The position numbers and the translations under genes are program-made. The notes beneath the pieces were generated by a model. The model was not told the origin of the DNA. It ran no database searches and saw only the letters and a list, made by a program, of their open reading frames with translations. From Haliotis rufescens (Eukaryota), in NCBI RefSeq assembly GCF_023055435.1, contig NW_025964383.1, positions 6,634,001-6,698,000 on the forward strand: 64,000 nucleotides of DNA. Direction: 5' to 3'. This document shows positions 12,501 to 24,822 of the stretch, piece by piece. Within the stretch, counting starts at the first letter, position 1. Each line of letters opens with the position of its first letter.

Positions 12501-15500
12501 AGTACCGGTATGTTGTGTGCTGACCTTTCATGCATATCCAGGCATCTAGTACCAGTATGTTGTGTGTTGACCTTTCATGCATATCCAGTCATCTTGTACC
12601 AGTATGTTGTGTGTTGACCTAGCATGCATATCCAGTCATCTAGTACTGGTATGTTATGTGTTGACCTTTCATGCATATCCAGTCATCTTGTACCGGTATG
12701 TTGTGTGTTGACCTTTCATGCATATCCAGTCATCTAGTACCGGTATGTTGTGTGTTGACCTTTCATGCATATCCAGTCATCTTGTACCAGTATGTTGTGT
12801 GTTGACCTGGCATGCATATCCAGTCATCTTGTACCGGTATGTTGTGTGTTGACCTTTCATGCATATCCAGTCATCTAGTACCAGTATGTTGTGTGCTGAC
12901 CTTTCATGCATATCCAGTCATCTAGTACCAGTATGTTGTGTGCTGACCTTTCATGCATATCCAGTCATCTTGTACGGGTATGTTGTGTGCTGACTTGACA
13001 TGCATATCCAGTCATCTAGCACCAGTATGTTGTGTGTTGACCTTTCATGCATATCCAGTCATCTAGTACCGGTATGTTGTGTGCTGACCTTTCATGCATA
13101 TCCAGTCATCTTGTACCAGTATGTTGTGTGTTGACCTGGCATGCATATCCAGTCATCTAGTACTGGTATGTTGTGTGTTTACCTTTCATGCATATCAAGT
13201 CATCTAGTACCAGTATGTTGTGTGTTGACCTTTCATGCATATCCAGTCATCTAGTACCAGTATGTTGTGTGTTGACCTTTCATGCATATCCAGTCATCTT
13301 GTACCGGTATGTTGTGTGCTGACCTTTCATGCATATCCAGTCATCTAGTACCGGTATGTTGTGTGTTGACCTTTCATGCATATCCAGTCATCTAGTACCG
13401 GTATGTTGTGTGTTGACCTGGCATGCATATCCAGTCATCTTGTACCGGTATGTTGTGTGTTGACCTGGCATGCATATCCAGTCATCTAGTACTGGTATGT
13501 TGTGTGTTGACCTTTCATGCATATCCAGTCATCTAGTACTGGTATGTTGTGTGTTGACCTGGCATGCATATCCAGTCATCTAGTACCAGTATTTTTTGTG
13601 TTGGCCGTACATGCACCTTAATCATCATGAGTACTGGTGTCTTGTGTGTTGACTTGAAATGCATGTCTAATCATCATGAATATATATTGTGTGTTGACTT
13701 GAAATGCATGTCTAATCATCATGAATATATTGTGTGTTGACTTGAAATGCATGTCTAATCATCATGAATATATTGTGTGTTGACTTGAAATGCATGTCTA
13801 ATCATCATGAATATATTGTTTGTTGACTTGAAATGCATGTCTAATCATCATGAATATATTGTGTGTTGACTTGAAATGCATGTCTAATCATCATGAATAT
13901 ATTGTGTGTTGACTTCAGGAGGTCACTGATGCTGTCTCAGCGGACGCAGATGTCTCTGAGCGGCCTCGGGGACAAGGGTGTAGGTTTGCCTCCAGCCTCC
14001 CCAAGTGATGATGAGACACAGGCCATGGTATGTATCCATTATCACATTGTACTTGGATATAGCACAGATTATGATGCTGCTTACATTCACTGGGAACAAT
14101 TATTTCCAGATGTGTGGGTCACATGTTGATATCCACTTCCTAGATTTAGGACTCTGGGTTGGAGTAGACGCAGCAGATACTCTTCAGTCACTGTCACGCC
14201 CCACACTGGTCAGGGATTAACAGCCGTATTACAAGAGGATGTTCTCATCTGCCAGAGAAACTATGCTGCCTGGTCTCACAGCCATTGCAAGTATAGGTGT
14301 AGACTCTACTGATCTGTGTCAAACAAGTTGACGGTTGGACTCTCCACTACTTTGACATACAAGAAAAATACCATGATACAGACTTCGATTTATTAGCAAG
14401 CGTGGCAACATATTTTGGGCAGAAAACCTCACTTAAAACAAAGATTAACTGAACCGTGAAATTTAGTAACATCAACAGGATGGACAATTGGTGCCACACA
14501 GACTGTACTGTTATGTCTACCGCGTCACGATGCCTGAACTTTCTGTTTGTGGAACATTATGTTTTTAACTTACCCTGCTTTACTCCTTAATGCATTTACT
14601 GCTTGTTCTTGACAGAACAAAGAGCTGTTTGAGGTCTTTCTGAATAAGAAGTTGTTAGAACTAGTTGTGTGGCTAATCCCATGACACAGCTCCTATGTGA
14701 CCATGGAAGTGATGACATCACTTATCATCACATTACTGCTGTCACTCAGAGAGAATGGTCACCTATTTTGAGCTCTCAGCTTTATCCATTACAATCCTTT
14801 GCATGTTATTACAACCCTATTGTTTTATGTGAATTATATCCTTCCTATGGTTTGTGTCTTCATACTTTACATATGATTTTTACTATTGCATTAATATTGT
14901 TCTTCCATTTAGCCAATTTGAATTCACTTTGTAGTCACGTTTTTTCTTGTGATGCGTTTTGTATTCTTTGTGTTGCTTGGTTCTTCTTATGCATTGTTGT
15001 ACCTATGCTTCCCTATGGTTATTAAAGTGTTTATTCACTTTTCTTTGCGTAATCTTATCCCTTAACCTCCATGTTCTGGGATTTAGAATGTTACATACAC
15101 ACACAGTCATGGTGATTACACCTTCTGCTTCATTGCAGACTTATGTCCCGTTGTACTCAGTGCCACAGTAACAAGGCTTATGAAACTGCTGGATTGGATC
15201 CCTAGAGCCAACAACGCTCATGAGATCAGAGCAGTTACTGGACACGCAATTGGCTTTCAGACAACGGAGGTCCAATGTTTTCCTCAAGCCCTTGGCTGCG
15301 CCTGGCCTCTTGATGAGGGTTCTGTGAATGTTCCTGCCATTTCTCCCTGTCTAATCAGTGCCCGTTCAACTTTGGTTGAACGCTTCCTTGCAGAGGCCGA
15401 TAGTACTCTCGTAGAATTGTTTTCATGTGACTTCTGGTAGACATGATCTGAACCAAATGTTGAAGGCCATCACAAATTCACGACTGATTAGACGTTTGAC

Positions 15501-18500
15501 AGAATCTTACCTTGTCTTCGCAAGTCAATACCTGAGTATCATGGCCTTGGAAGATGTCGAAGGCATTCATAGTTTTGGCATTCTGGTCATAGCACTACAG
15601 GTCACCAGTCCTTGTTGCGACTAAGAAGCTCCTAAGATCAAGCCTTACCCGACTTGCGCAGTGTTAGCATGCCTGACATGGGGGTTACTCTGCTAACCAG
15701 CTGTTTGGCTTGGTAAATCAGTTTCTAGACTTTAGCACATGCTAATTTGCTTTTTGCTGGGACATCCACATAGTCTCGTAGCATCCATAGACAAGATTGG
15801 TCGAAGCAGGTAAAGATTTGCACAAGTGTGCTCAACGACTGTCATGAACTACTGCAGAGTTTATGTCCCTGAGGACCACATCTGAAAGTATGCCCTCCAC
15901 CGTACCGTCCGATAAAGATGCATTAAGGAGTAATGCAGGATAAGTTAAAATATCTAGTAAAATCTAGATATTTTGTTATAGTTGTGTACTTATCCTGCAT
16001 TACTTTGACTAAAGTAGCCCACCTGTCTCAGAGCTGCCTATCCCACAATGTCTTCAGATGTTACGATCTAGCTGTAATGTGATGATACGTGACGTCATCA
16101 CTTCAATGGTCATGTGGGAGCTGTGTGATGGGATTTGCCACACAACCAGTTGGAACAACTTCTTCTTCAAAAAGACCTCACACAGCTCTTCTTTCTGTCA
16201 GAACAAGCAGTAAATGCATTAAGGAGTAAAGCAGGATAAGTATACAAATATAAAACAACATCTAGATTTTACTAGTATTTGAATGTGCCTACCACTGCTC
16301 TGTCATGAAGAAAATAAAGATCTAATCAGATTCTATACTACTGGTAGAATAGCTGTTTGAGTGACCAGGACGTTGTTGTTTGCCTGGCAGGATGAGTCGT
16401 CCACCGTGTTCCTGATCGCTGGCTACACCCGCTACTCCTGTCCCTATGTGTGGGTGCGCTCCAACCATGAACGCCTGGTCAGGCTAACTGGGGGAGACAC
16501 TCAGGAGAAAGACAACCCTCTCAGACTCAAGTCCACATACAAGTGGAAGGATAATGGTGAGTGTGAAAATGATAGATAGCACCCAGGCTAAGTGTCTGTT
16601 CCCGCCATATTCAATGAGTCTGATCATCATGGCGTTGATAATTGTAAGAAGGAAAACCTGTCACAGATGTATCAACCAAATAGTGACCATTGCCTTGTCA
16701 AAGTTGAAACCACTGTGCACGTGCCACACCATCCACCAAGTTGTCCGTGGCGAGCGTTGGTGCACTAGGATTTCTATCTGTCACTGGACACTGCAATGGG
16801 CAATGCCTGAATGCGCTGATGCTCTTCCTGTGACATGTTCCTTCCACAGCGACATCATTTCATGTCAGGTCATGTATCCTATAGCGCCACTATCTCTATG
16901 AGCTGTCCATTTCATGGCTTGCAGTTACTGCAGTCGTGTACGACTAAAATCACCTCTACTCACAATCATCAGCAGGACTATGTTTGTGTTTACATGTGTT
17001 AGCTTTGCCCTATAATGTACTTGTGGATGGTTTAGAGCCCTTGATTAAACTGGAACCACTCTATATATAAAGACATCACTTTAGATCCTGTTTCTTGGTG
17101 TAAAAAACTATATTTTTGTCCTGAACTATTACAAACATCATTATCCTTATCCCATCAAAATTCAGAGCTAACATATACTTTTTTACACTACACATGGAGG
17201 TAGTTCATAGCTAAACTATACTTTATTCCACTACACATGGGGGTAGTTCAGGGCTAAACTACACTTTATTCCACTACACATGGAGGTAGTTCAAGGCTAA
17301 ACTACACTTTATTACACTACACATGGAGGTAGTTCAAGGCTAAACTATACTTTATTACACTACACATGGGGGTAGTTCAAGGCTCAACTATACTTTATTG
17401 CACTAAACAAGGAGGTAGTTCAAGGCTAAACTATACTTAATTACACTGCACATGGAGGTAGTTCCAGGCTAAACTATACTTTATTTCACTACACATGGAG
17501 GTAGTTCAAGGCTAAACTATACTTAATTACACTGCACATGGAGGTAGTTCCAGGCTAAACTATACTTTATTACACTACACATGGAGGTAGTTCAAGGCTA
17601 AACTATACTTTATTACACTACATATGGAGGTAGTTCCAGGCTGAACAATACTTTATTACACTACATATGGAGGTAGTTCCAGGCTAAACTATACTTTATT
17701 ACACTACACATGGAGGTAGTTCAAGGCTAAACATTACTTTATTACACTACACATGGAGGTAGTTCCAGGCTAAACTGTGCTTTATTACACTACATATTGG
17801 GATAGTTCAAGGCTAAACTATACTTTATTACACTACACATGGGGGTAGTTCAGGGCTAAACTATACTTTATTCCACTACACATGGAGGTAGTTCAAGGCT
17901 AAACTACACTTTATTACACTACACATGGAGGTACTTCAAGGATAAACTATACTTTATTACACTACAGATGGAGGTAGTTCAAGGCTAAACTATACTTTAT
18001 TACACTACACATGGGGGTAGTTCAAGGCTCAACTATACTTTATTGCACTAAACATGGAGGTAGTTCAAGGCTAAACTATACTTAATTACACTGCACATGG
18101 AGGTAGTTCCAGGCTAAACTATACTTTATTTCACTACACATGGAGGTAGTTCAAGGCTAAACTATACTTAATTACACTGCACATGGAGGTAGTTCCAGGC
18201 TAAACTATACTTTATTACACTACACATGGAGGTAGTTCAAGGCTAAACTATACTTTATTACACTACATATGGAGGTAGTTCCAGGCTGAACAATACTTTA
18301 TTACACTACATATGGAGGTAGTTCAAGGCTAAACTATACTTTATTACACTACACATGGAGGTAGTTCAAGGCTAAACATTACTTTATTACACTACACATG
18401 GAGGTAGTTCCAGGCTAAACTGTGCTTTATTACACTACATATTGGGATAGTTCAAGGCTAAACTATACTTTATTACACTACACATGGAGGTAGTTCCAGG

Positions 18501-21500
18501 CTAAACTATACTTTATTACACTGCACATGGAGGTAGTTCCAGGCTAAACTATACTTTATTTCACTACACATGGGGGTAGTTCCAGGCTAAACTATCCTTT
18601 ATTACACTACACATGGAGGTAGTTCAGGTCTAAACTATACTTTATTACACTACATATGGGGATAGTTCAAGGCTAAACTATACTTTATTACACTACACAT
18701 GGAGGTAGTTCAAGGCTAAACTATACTTTATTCCACTACACATGGAGGTAGTTCAAGGCTGAACTATACTTTATTACACTAAACATGGAGGTAGTTCAAG
18801 GCTAAACTATACTTTATTACACTTCACGTGGAGGTAGTTCAAGGCTAAACTATACTTTATTACACTAAACATGGAGGTAGTTCAAGGCTAAACTATACTT
18901 TATTACACTTCACGTGGAAGTAGTTTAGGGCTAAACTATACTTTATTGCACTAAACATGGGGGTAGTTCAAGGCTAAACTATAGGTTATTACACTACACA
19001 TGGGGTAGTTCAAGGCTAAACTATACTTTATTACACTACACATGGAGGTAGTTCCAGGCTAAACTATACTTTATTACACTACACATGGAGGTAGTTCAAG
19101 GCTAAACTATACTTTATTACACTACACATGGAGGTAGTTCAAGGCTAAACTATACTTTATTACACTACACATGGAGGTAGTTCAAGGCTAAACTATACTT
19201 TATTCCACTACACATGGAGGTAGTTCAAGGCTAACCTATACTTTATTACACTACACATGGAGGTAGTTCAGGGCTAAGCTATACTTTATTACACTAAACA
19301 TGGAGGTAGTTCAAGGCTGCACTATACTTTATTACACTACACATGGAGGTAGTTCAAGGCTAAACTATACTTTATTACACTACACATGGAGGTTGTTCAA
19401 GGCTAAACTATACTTTATTACACTTCACGTGGAGGTAGTTCAAGGCTAAACTATACTTTTTTACATTTCACGTTGAGGTAGTTCAAGGCTAAACTATACT
19501 TTATTACACTATATATTGGTGTAGTTCAAGGCTAAACTATACTTTATTACACTACATATGGGGATAGTTCAAGGCTAAACTATACTTTATTACATAACAC
19601 ATTGAGGTAGTTCAAGGCTAAACTATACTTTATTACACTACATCATGGGATATGGTTCAAACAGTATTTCTTAAATGAGAATATTTTTTTTCTTATCGTG
19701 CATTACGCCTGGATGATTCACTGCTTACCTTACTTCAGCAAAAGACAGTGCTCAGCGATGTTCTCAGGTAAAAACAAATGTTTCTGTTTTCAGCGGACCA
19801 TTGCCGCTATCACGTGACCTTGATGACAAGTCACCTTCCTCTCATCACTGCCTGTCACATAACAGCAAGGATGTCTCTCAGCTGAGCTCTTCAAATTGGA
19901 TATTTCAGACCCTTAGGTTAGGCTATTACCCTAAATTATGTCTGCCACGTGGCTCGTTGTTTCCCGCCATTTTTAATTTCTGGTCCATCTAAGGACATAC
20001 CTTAGTTGGTGGATGATAGAGTGGAATGTCTGTTTGTAGACACCTCCCTTCAGGGTTGGGGCACTCATCTGCAAGGCCAGACAGCTGCAGGGCTGTGGTC
20101 CGGTGCTCATCAAAAGTGGCACATAAACAATTTGGAGTTGGAAGCGTTGATTCTCGCCATCTCACATTGGCAGAATCAACTACAGTCCGCCCAACTCGCA
20201 ATATCCACAGACAATCAGGGGACAATGCACTCCCATTCCCTTCTTCAACAGACATTCAGGTTCTTTCATCTAGCGGAATGGCTGGAACTACAATTCATAG
20301 TTCAGCACATCCCCAGATGTCAGAACATATTGGCCGATGCCTTATCCCGACCAGACAGGGTGGCACCCACCGAGTGGAAACTTCACACAGAGGCATTTCA
20401 ATTGCTGTTTCAGAGGTTCGGGCAACCAAACATTTAACTGTTTGCAACTTGCCAAATCCATCAACTTGTAACATATGTCTCCCTGTTACCGTATCCACAG
20501 GCTTTGGCGGCGGGTGCATTCAGCATCCCTTGGGAAGGGCTAAAAGCGTACGCTTTTCCGCCACCTGTTCTACCTCCCAAGGTGATACAAAAGATCAAAG
20601 AGACAAGAAATCTTGCTCTGACTTTGGTTGTGCCCTGGTGGCCATCAAGGGCTGGTCGTTGAGCTCAGAAATCTGGCAGAAACGGATCCTCCCACACTGG
20701 TCAAACCTACTCATCCACCCTCACAGCAAATTGCCTCACCAAATGCCAGACAGGTTTCGCCTGCCACGTGTAGTTCATCTTAAAAAGGCGTTAAGTGCAA
20801 AGGGTTTTTCGGCACGGGCAGATAAGGCTATCACTTTAGCTCATTGTCCCTCTACTAGAGGGTTATACAATGATAAGTGAGGATCATTTGAAACATTTGA
20901 TCATTGAGACATCACCCGGATCCGTTTTGAGCATGGTACGCACAGAGCGGTACATCTCGGGTGATGTTGGAATTTTATAGCAAAAAATCCACCACTAGGC
21001 CAAACTGATTGTTCCTTCACTATCCCACAAATATCTATGATTGTGGGAGTTAAAGATGGGGGTGAACTCCTCTTGTGCCCGGTGCAAGCACTACGAGTTT
21101 TCATCTGCGCTCCAAAACTTAGATCACCAAACTTGATCCACTGAGAGCGAATAATTCTCACGAGATCAGGGCATTAGTCTCTTCCATGGAGTTATAAAGA
21201 AACTGTTCTATTAAAATGATCATTGAAAGATGTTTTTGGAGATCAGACACTGTTTTCGCTAGTCATTATCTTAGCGATGTGGCTCTTCAGGATGTCGAAG
21301 GCATGCACAGTTTTGGCCCTCTGGTAGTAGCCCCGCAGGTAACCAACCTTCAACGCAAATAATGAACTTGCCCCATATGGAGCCAGTCTACTTCCCACAC
21401 AGGTCGTAATAGACACACCCAGTGGAAGAAATGAAGACAAGCTTTCTAATCAAGCTTTGGCTCGGTGACACAGTAGGTAAAGATTTTAGCTTTCGCTATC

Positions 21501-24500
21501 ATCCATTATTACCATGTGTGTACAGGGTGTTACCCTTTAATTCTTATGTTAACCCAAAAGTTAGGGCATTTTTTCTGTGCCTTTTCCGCCTCATGGATTA
21601 TTGACAAAAATGTGTTGTTTTGGGAGTTTGAATTATTGAGGTTTTGAACATCTGAAGGTATATGCGCCTTTAATCCGTCCGATATAGATGCATTATGGAG
21701 TAATGCAGGATAAGTAAAAAATGTGGTAAAATCTAAATATTTTTTACATTTGTATACTTATCCTGCATTACTAGCCATCCGTCGCAGACTTGCCTACCCA
21801 CTTTGGCTTCAGAAACCTCAAAAGATTGTTTTTTAAGCTTGGGCGACAGACAGTGATGTGAGGTGACTTGTCATCAAGGTCACATGACAGCAGCGATGGT
21901 CCATGCAAAAACAGGTATTGAAATCTGAACATCTTTTTTATCCCCCGCCCCAACGAAGTTGGCCGGGAATATAGAAATGGGTTCCGTCCTTGTGTGTGTG
22001 TGTGCGTGTGTGTGTGTGCGTGCGTGTGTGTGTGTGTGTGCGTGTGTGTGTGCGTCCCGAAATCGTTTCCGGAGCATAACTCAGAAACCATTAAATATTT
22101 CTCTACGAAACTTTGCATGTCTATCAGACTCATGCTGAACTGGTGCCTTTTGCTACTAAGGAATTTTATAAATTTTTATTTTTTACGTTTCCATGGCAAC
22201 AAGTTGGACTTAGGTTCTATAAGAGTGGTGTTAGTTTCCGGAGCGTAACTCAAAAACCGTTAAATCCTTTCTTACAAAACTTTGCATGTTAACCAGACAA
22301 ATACTGAACTGGTGCCTTTTGCTATTTAGGAGTTTTATAAATTTTTATTTTTTACGTTTCCATGGCAACAAGTTGGACTTAGGTTCTGTAAGGGTGGTGT
22401 TCGTTTCCGGAGCATAACTCAAAAACTGTTAAATCCTTTCTTACAAAACTTTGCATGTCTACTAGGCACATACTGAACTGGTGCCTTTTGATATATAGCA
22501 CTTTTAGAAATTTTTATTGTTTATGTTTCCATGACAACAAGTTGGATTTAGGTTCTGTGAGGGTAGGGTTCGTTTCCGGAGCATAACTCATAAACCGTTC
22601 AATATTTTTTCATCAAACTTTTTTTCATCATAGTATAACAAATAAACTGTTAAATATTTCCTTGCATGTCTATATATAAAGCACATACTGAACTAGTGCC
22701 ATTTGATATTAAGGAGTTTTAGAAATGTTTATTTTAGAATTTCCATTTCAGCTATTTGACATGGGCTAAGAGAAATGTTGGGTCAGTTACCTGGTTTGGG
22801 ACCATAACGTGTTAAAATAGGCGGGGGATATAGATGACTTTGTCAACTATACGCTTGTTTACCCAAGACCATTGCTGAGCGCTGTCTTTTGTTATCATAA
22901 GGTATGCAGTGAATGCGTTAAGGAGTAATGCAAGATAAGCATACAAATGTAAAAAAAATTTAGATTTTACTAACCTGTCTCAAGTTTTACTACCAGACCA
23001 ACATTTCCTCGCTGTTACAGACGTTTGTATATGGGACATCATTGCCGAGTTAGTCAAGCTATGCACGTATCCAGCTCCCCGCAACCCATTTGCCGTGGAC
23101 ATTCCATTCTTCTCAACTCTGCCACTCTCAGAGCAGGTGTTGTCAACAGCAGCCATGGTGTCCTTCTTGCAGAAAGTGTTGATACACACACCTGATGACA
23201 GACCTTATGCTGCTAAAGGTAGGAGAAAGAGTTGATGCACACACTTGATGACAGACCTTATGCTGCTAAAGGTAGGAGAAAGAGTTGATACACACACTTG
23301 ATGACAGACCTTATGCTGCTAAAGGTAGGAGAAAGAGTTGATGCACACACCTGATGACAGACCTTATGCTGCTAAAGGTAGGAGAAAGAGTTGATGCACA
23401 CACTTGATGACAGACCTTATGCTGCTAAAGGTAGGAGAAAGAGTTGATACACACACCTGATGACAGACTTTATGCTGCTAAAGGTAGGAGAAAGAGTTGA
23501 TACACACACCTGATGACATACCTTATACTGCTAAAGGTAGGAGAAAGAGTTGATACACACACCTGATGACAGACTTTATGCTGCTAAAGGTAGGAGAAAG
23601 AGTTGATACACACACTTGATGACAGACCTTATGCTGCTAAAGGTAGGAGAAAGAGTTGATACACACACCTGATGACAGACTTTATGCTGCTAAAGGTAGG
23701 AGAAAGAGTTGATACACACACTTGATGACAGACCTTATGCTGCTAAAGGTAGGAGAAAGAGTTGATACACACACCTGATGACAGACCTTATGCTGCTAAA
23801 GGTAGGAGAAAGAGTTGATACACACACTTGATGACAGACTTTATGCTGCTAAAGGTAGGAGAAAGAGTTGATACACACACTTGATGACAGACCTTATGCT
23901 GCTAAAGGTAGGAGAAAGAGTTGATACACACACCTGATGACAGACCTTATGCTGCTAAAGGTAGGAGAAAGAGTTGATACACACACTTGATGACAGACTT
24001 TATGCTGCTAAAGGTAGGAGAAAGAGTTGATACACACACCTGATGACAGACCTTATGCTGCTAAAGGTAGGAGAAAGAGTTGATACACACACTTGATGAC
24101 AGACTTTATGCTGCTAAAGGTAGGAGAAAGAGTTGATACACACACTTGATGACAGACTTTATGCTGCTAAAGGGTAAAAAAAAACACAAACAATGCAAAC
24201 ATAAAAATTGATTGAGTTAAAATATGTTTTTTTTCATACTTTAATAATTTTCAATTACATGTTATTTTGAAAAAGAGTGGAAAGTGAATATTGGACATTC
24301 ATCAAAAAGTAAATAAACATTTTACTCCCAAATGATCACTTTGACCCTTCTTCTCTTTGTATAAGTTTTTAAATTCCTAATGTATGTAACACTTCATTGT
24401 AACAATAATAACAGGAAGGACAATGCCATAATCAGGACAAGTTAGATTATTGTTCTATTTCCATTTCACAGTGTTGTGGATTTCTTTGCAGTGTTTGAGG

Positions 24501-24754
24501 ATCTCCAGTTAGTGACAAAATGTCACTTCTCTGCTGTTCAGAAACTGGCTAAGGAGGGAGGGTTGCCCATTCTGCATCCACAGCAGCAGCAACAACAGCA
24601 GCAGCAGCGCAGGAAGATGAGTGGCGGTCAGTCTCAGTTGTCATCACGGAAACGGTATCCAAGCAGCGGCAGTCAGTACCCGGCCCAGTATGGGCAGTAC
24701 CAGCAGCCCACAGCAGGCTACAGCTACGGCAGTCACAATACTTCCAGCTACTGA
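7958..24754 (+). CDS. Conserved uncharacterised protein, about 328 aa, 7 coding exons, C-terminal polyQ
   Basis: Exons: 7958-7966 (MKQ, tentative), 9886-10026 (EETHLKKRLQVFL...YMRGREEMVISVVNEPQ), 10375-10475, 13919-14027, 16391-16556 (FLIAGYTRYSCPYVWVRSNH...DNPLRLKSTYKW), 23021-23218 (IWDIIAELV...NPFAVD...), 24492-24754 (stop). All GT-AG, phases compatible, no internal stops. Confidence 0.88.
8607..8880 (+). mobile_element. 5'-truncated SINE with Nin-like central domain
   Basis: cttgccataaaaggcgact...gtaagaggcaactaa motif and 3' end atatagctggaatattgctgagtgcgg followed by an aac-rich tail. Confidence 0.75.
9448..9511. repeat. (TA)n microsatellite
   Basis: About 32 TA units. Confidence 0.98.
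10600..13620. repeat. 46/47-bp minisatellite, about 64 copies, intron 3 of the plus-strand gene
   Basis: Unit gtatgttgtgtgttgacctttcatgcatatccagtcatctagtacca, with recurring binary variants (ttt/tgg, ctag/cttg, cca/ccg). Confidence 0.97.
13621..13918. repeat. 43-bp sub-array (6-7 copies) ending at the exon-4 acceptor
   Basis: Unit atcatcatgaatatattgtgtgttgacttgaaatgcatgtcta; the last copy ends tgtgtgttgacttcAG at 13918. Related to the 47-bp unit. Confidence 0.93.
14568..16275 (+). mobile_element. Internally deleted DIRS-type (tyrosine recombinase) retrotransposon
   Basis: ~165-bp inverted terminal repeats (about 14570-14737 vs 16033-16240). Internal complementary region at about 15918-16005 matches both termini. 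YR C-terminal remnants AHEIRA and FASQYLSIMALEDVEGIHSFG. Confidence 0.8.
17165..19645. repeat. 43-bp minisatellite, about 57 copies, with a 645-bp higher-order duplication
   Basis: Unit tatactttattacactacacatggaggtagttcaaggctaaac. Confidence 0.97.
19690..22972 (+). mobile_element. Decayed DIRS-type retrotransposon (RNase H, methyltransferase and YR remnants); right ITR split by an insertion
   Basis: RNase H remnant 20006-20437 (VDTSLQGWG, HINNLELEA, TDN, NILADALSR). Methyltransferase-like AFSIPW...YAFPP...PWWP at about 20515-20645. YR remnants LCPVQAL and FASHYLSDVALQDVEG. Left ITR ~19693-19835 is inverted at 21860-21930 plus 22855-22940; internal complementary region 21688-21772. Confidence 0.88.
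21934..22859 (+). mobile_element. Non-autonomous Helentron-type (HINE/DINE-like) element
   Basis: T-run start, subterminal inverted repeat tatcccccgcc (21939) / ggcgggggata (22820), (GT)n microsatellite, 169-bp core repeats at 22065/22234/22403/22572, short 3' hairpin and cttgtt end. Confidence 0.85.
23171..24175 (+). repeat. 53-bp minisatellite, 19 copies; unit is the last 48 nt of coding exon 6 plus the donor GTAGG
   Basis: Unit agaaagagttgatacacacacctgatgacagaccttatgctgctaaag|gtagg; the first copy is the exon end itself (donor at 23219). Confidence 0.97.
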
Positions 24755-24822
24755 CTCACTCACTCACACACACACACACACGCACGCACACACGCACGCA
24801 CGCACGCACGCACGCACGCACA
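24755..24822. repeat. Compound (CTCA)/(CA)/(CGCA) microsatellite directly after the stop codon
   Basis: Direct reading. Confidence 0.9.

Noticed and set aside
20026-20880. 284-aa novel ORF
   Set aside because: It is an overlapping-frame product of the decayed DIRS element; only its end resembles the YR N-terminus.
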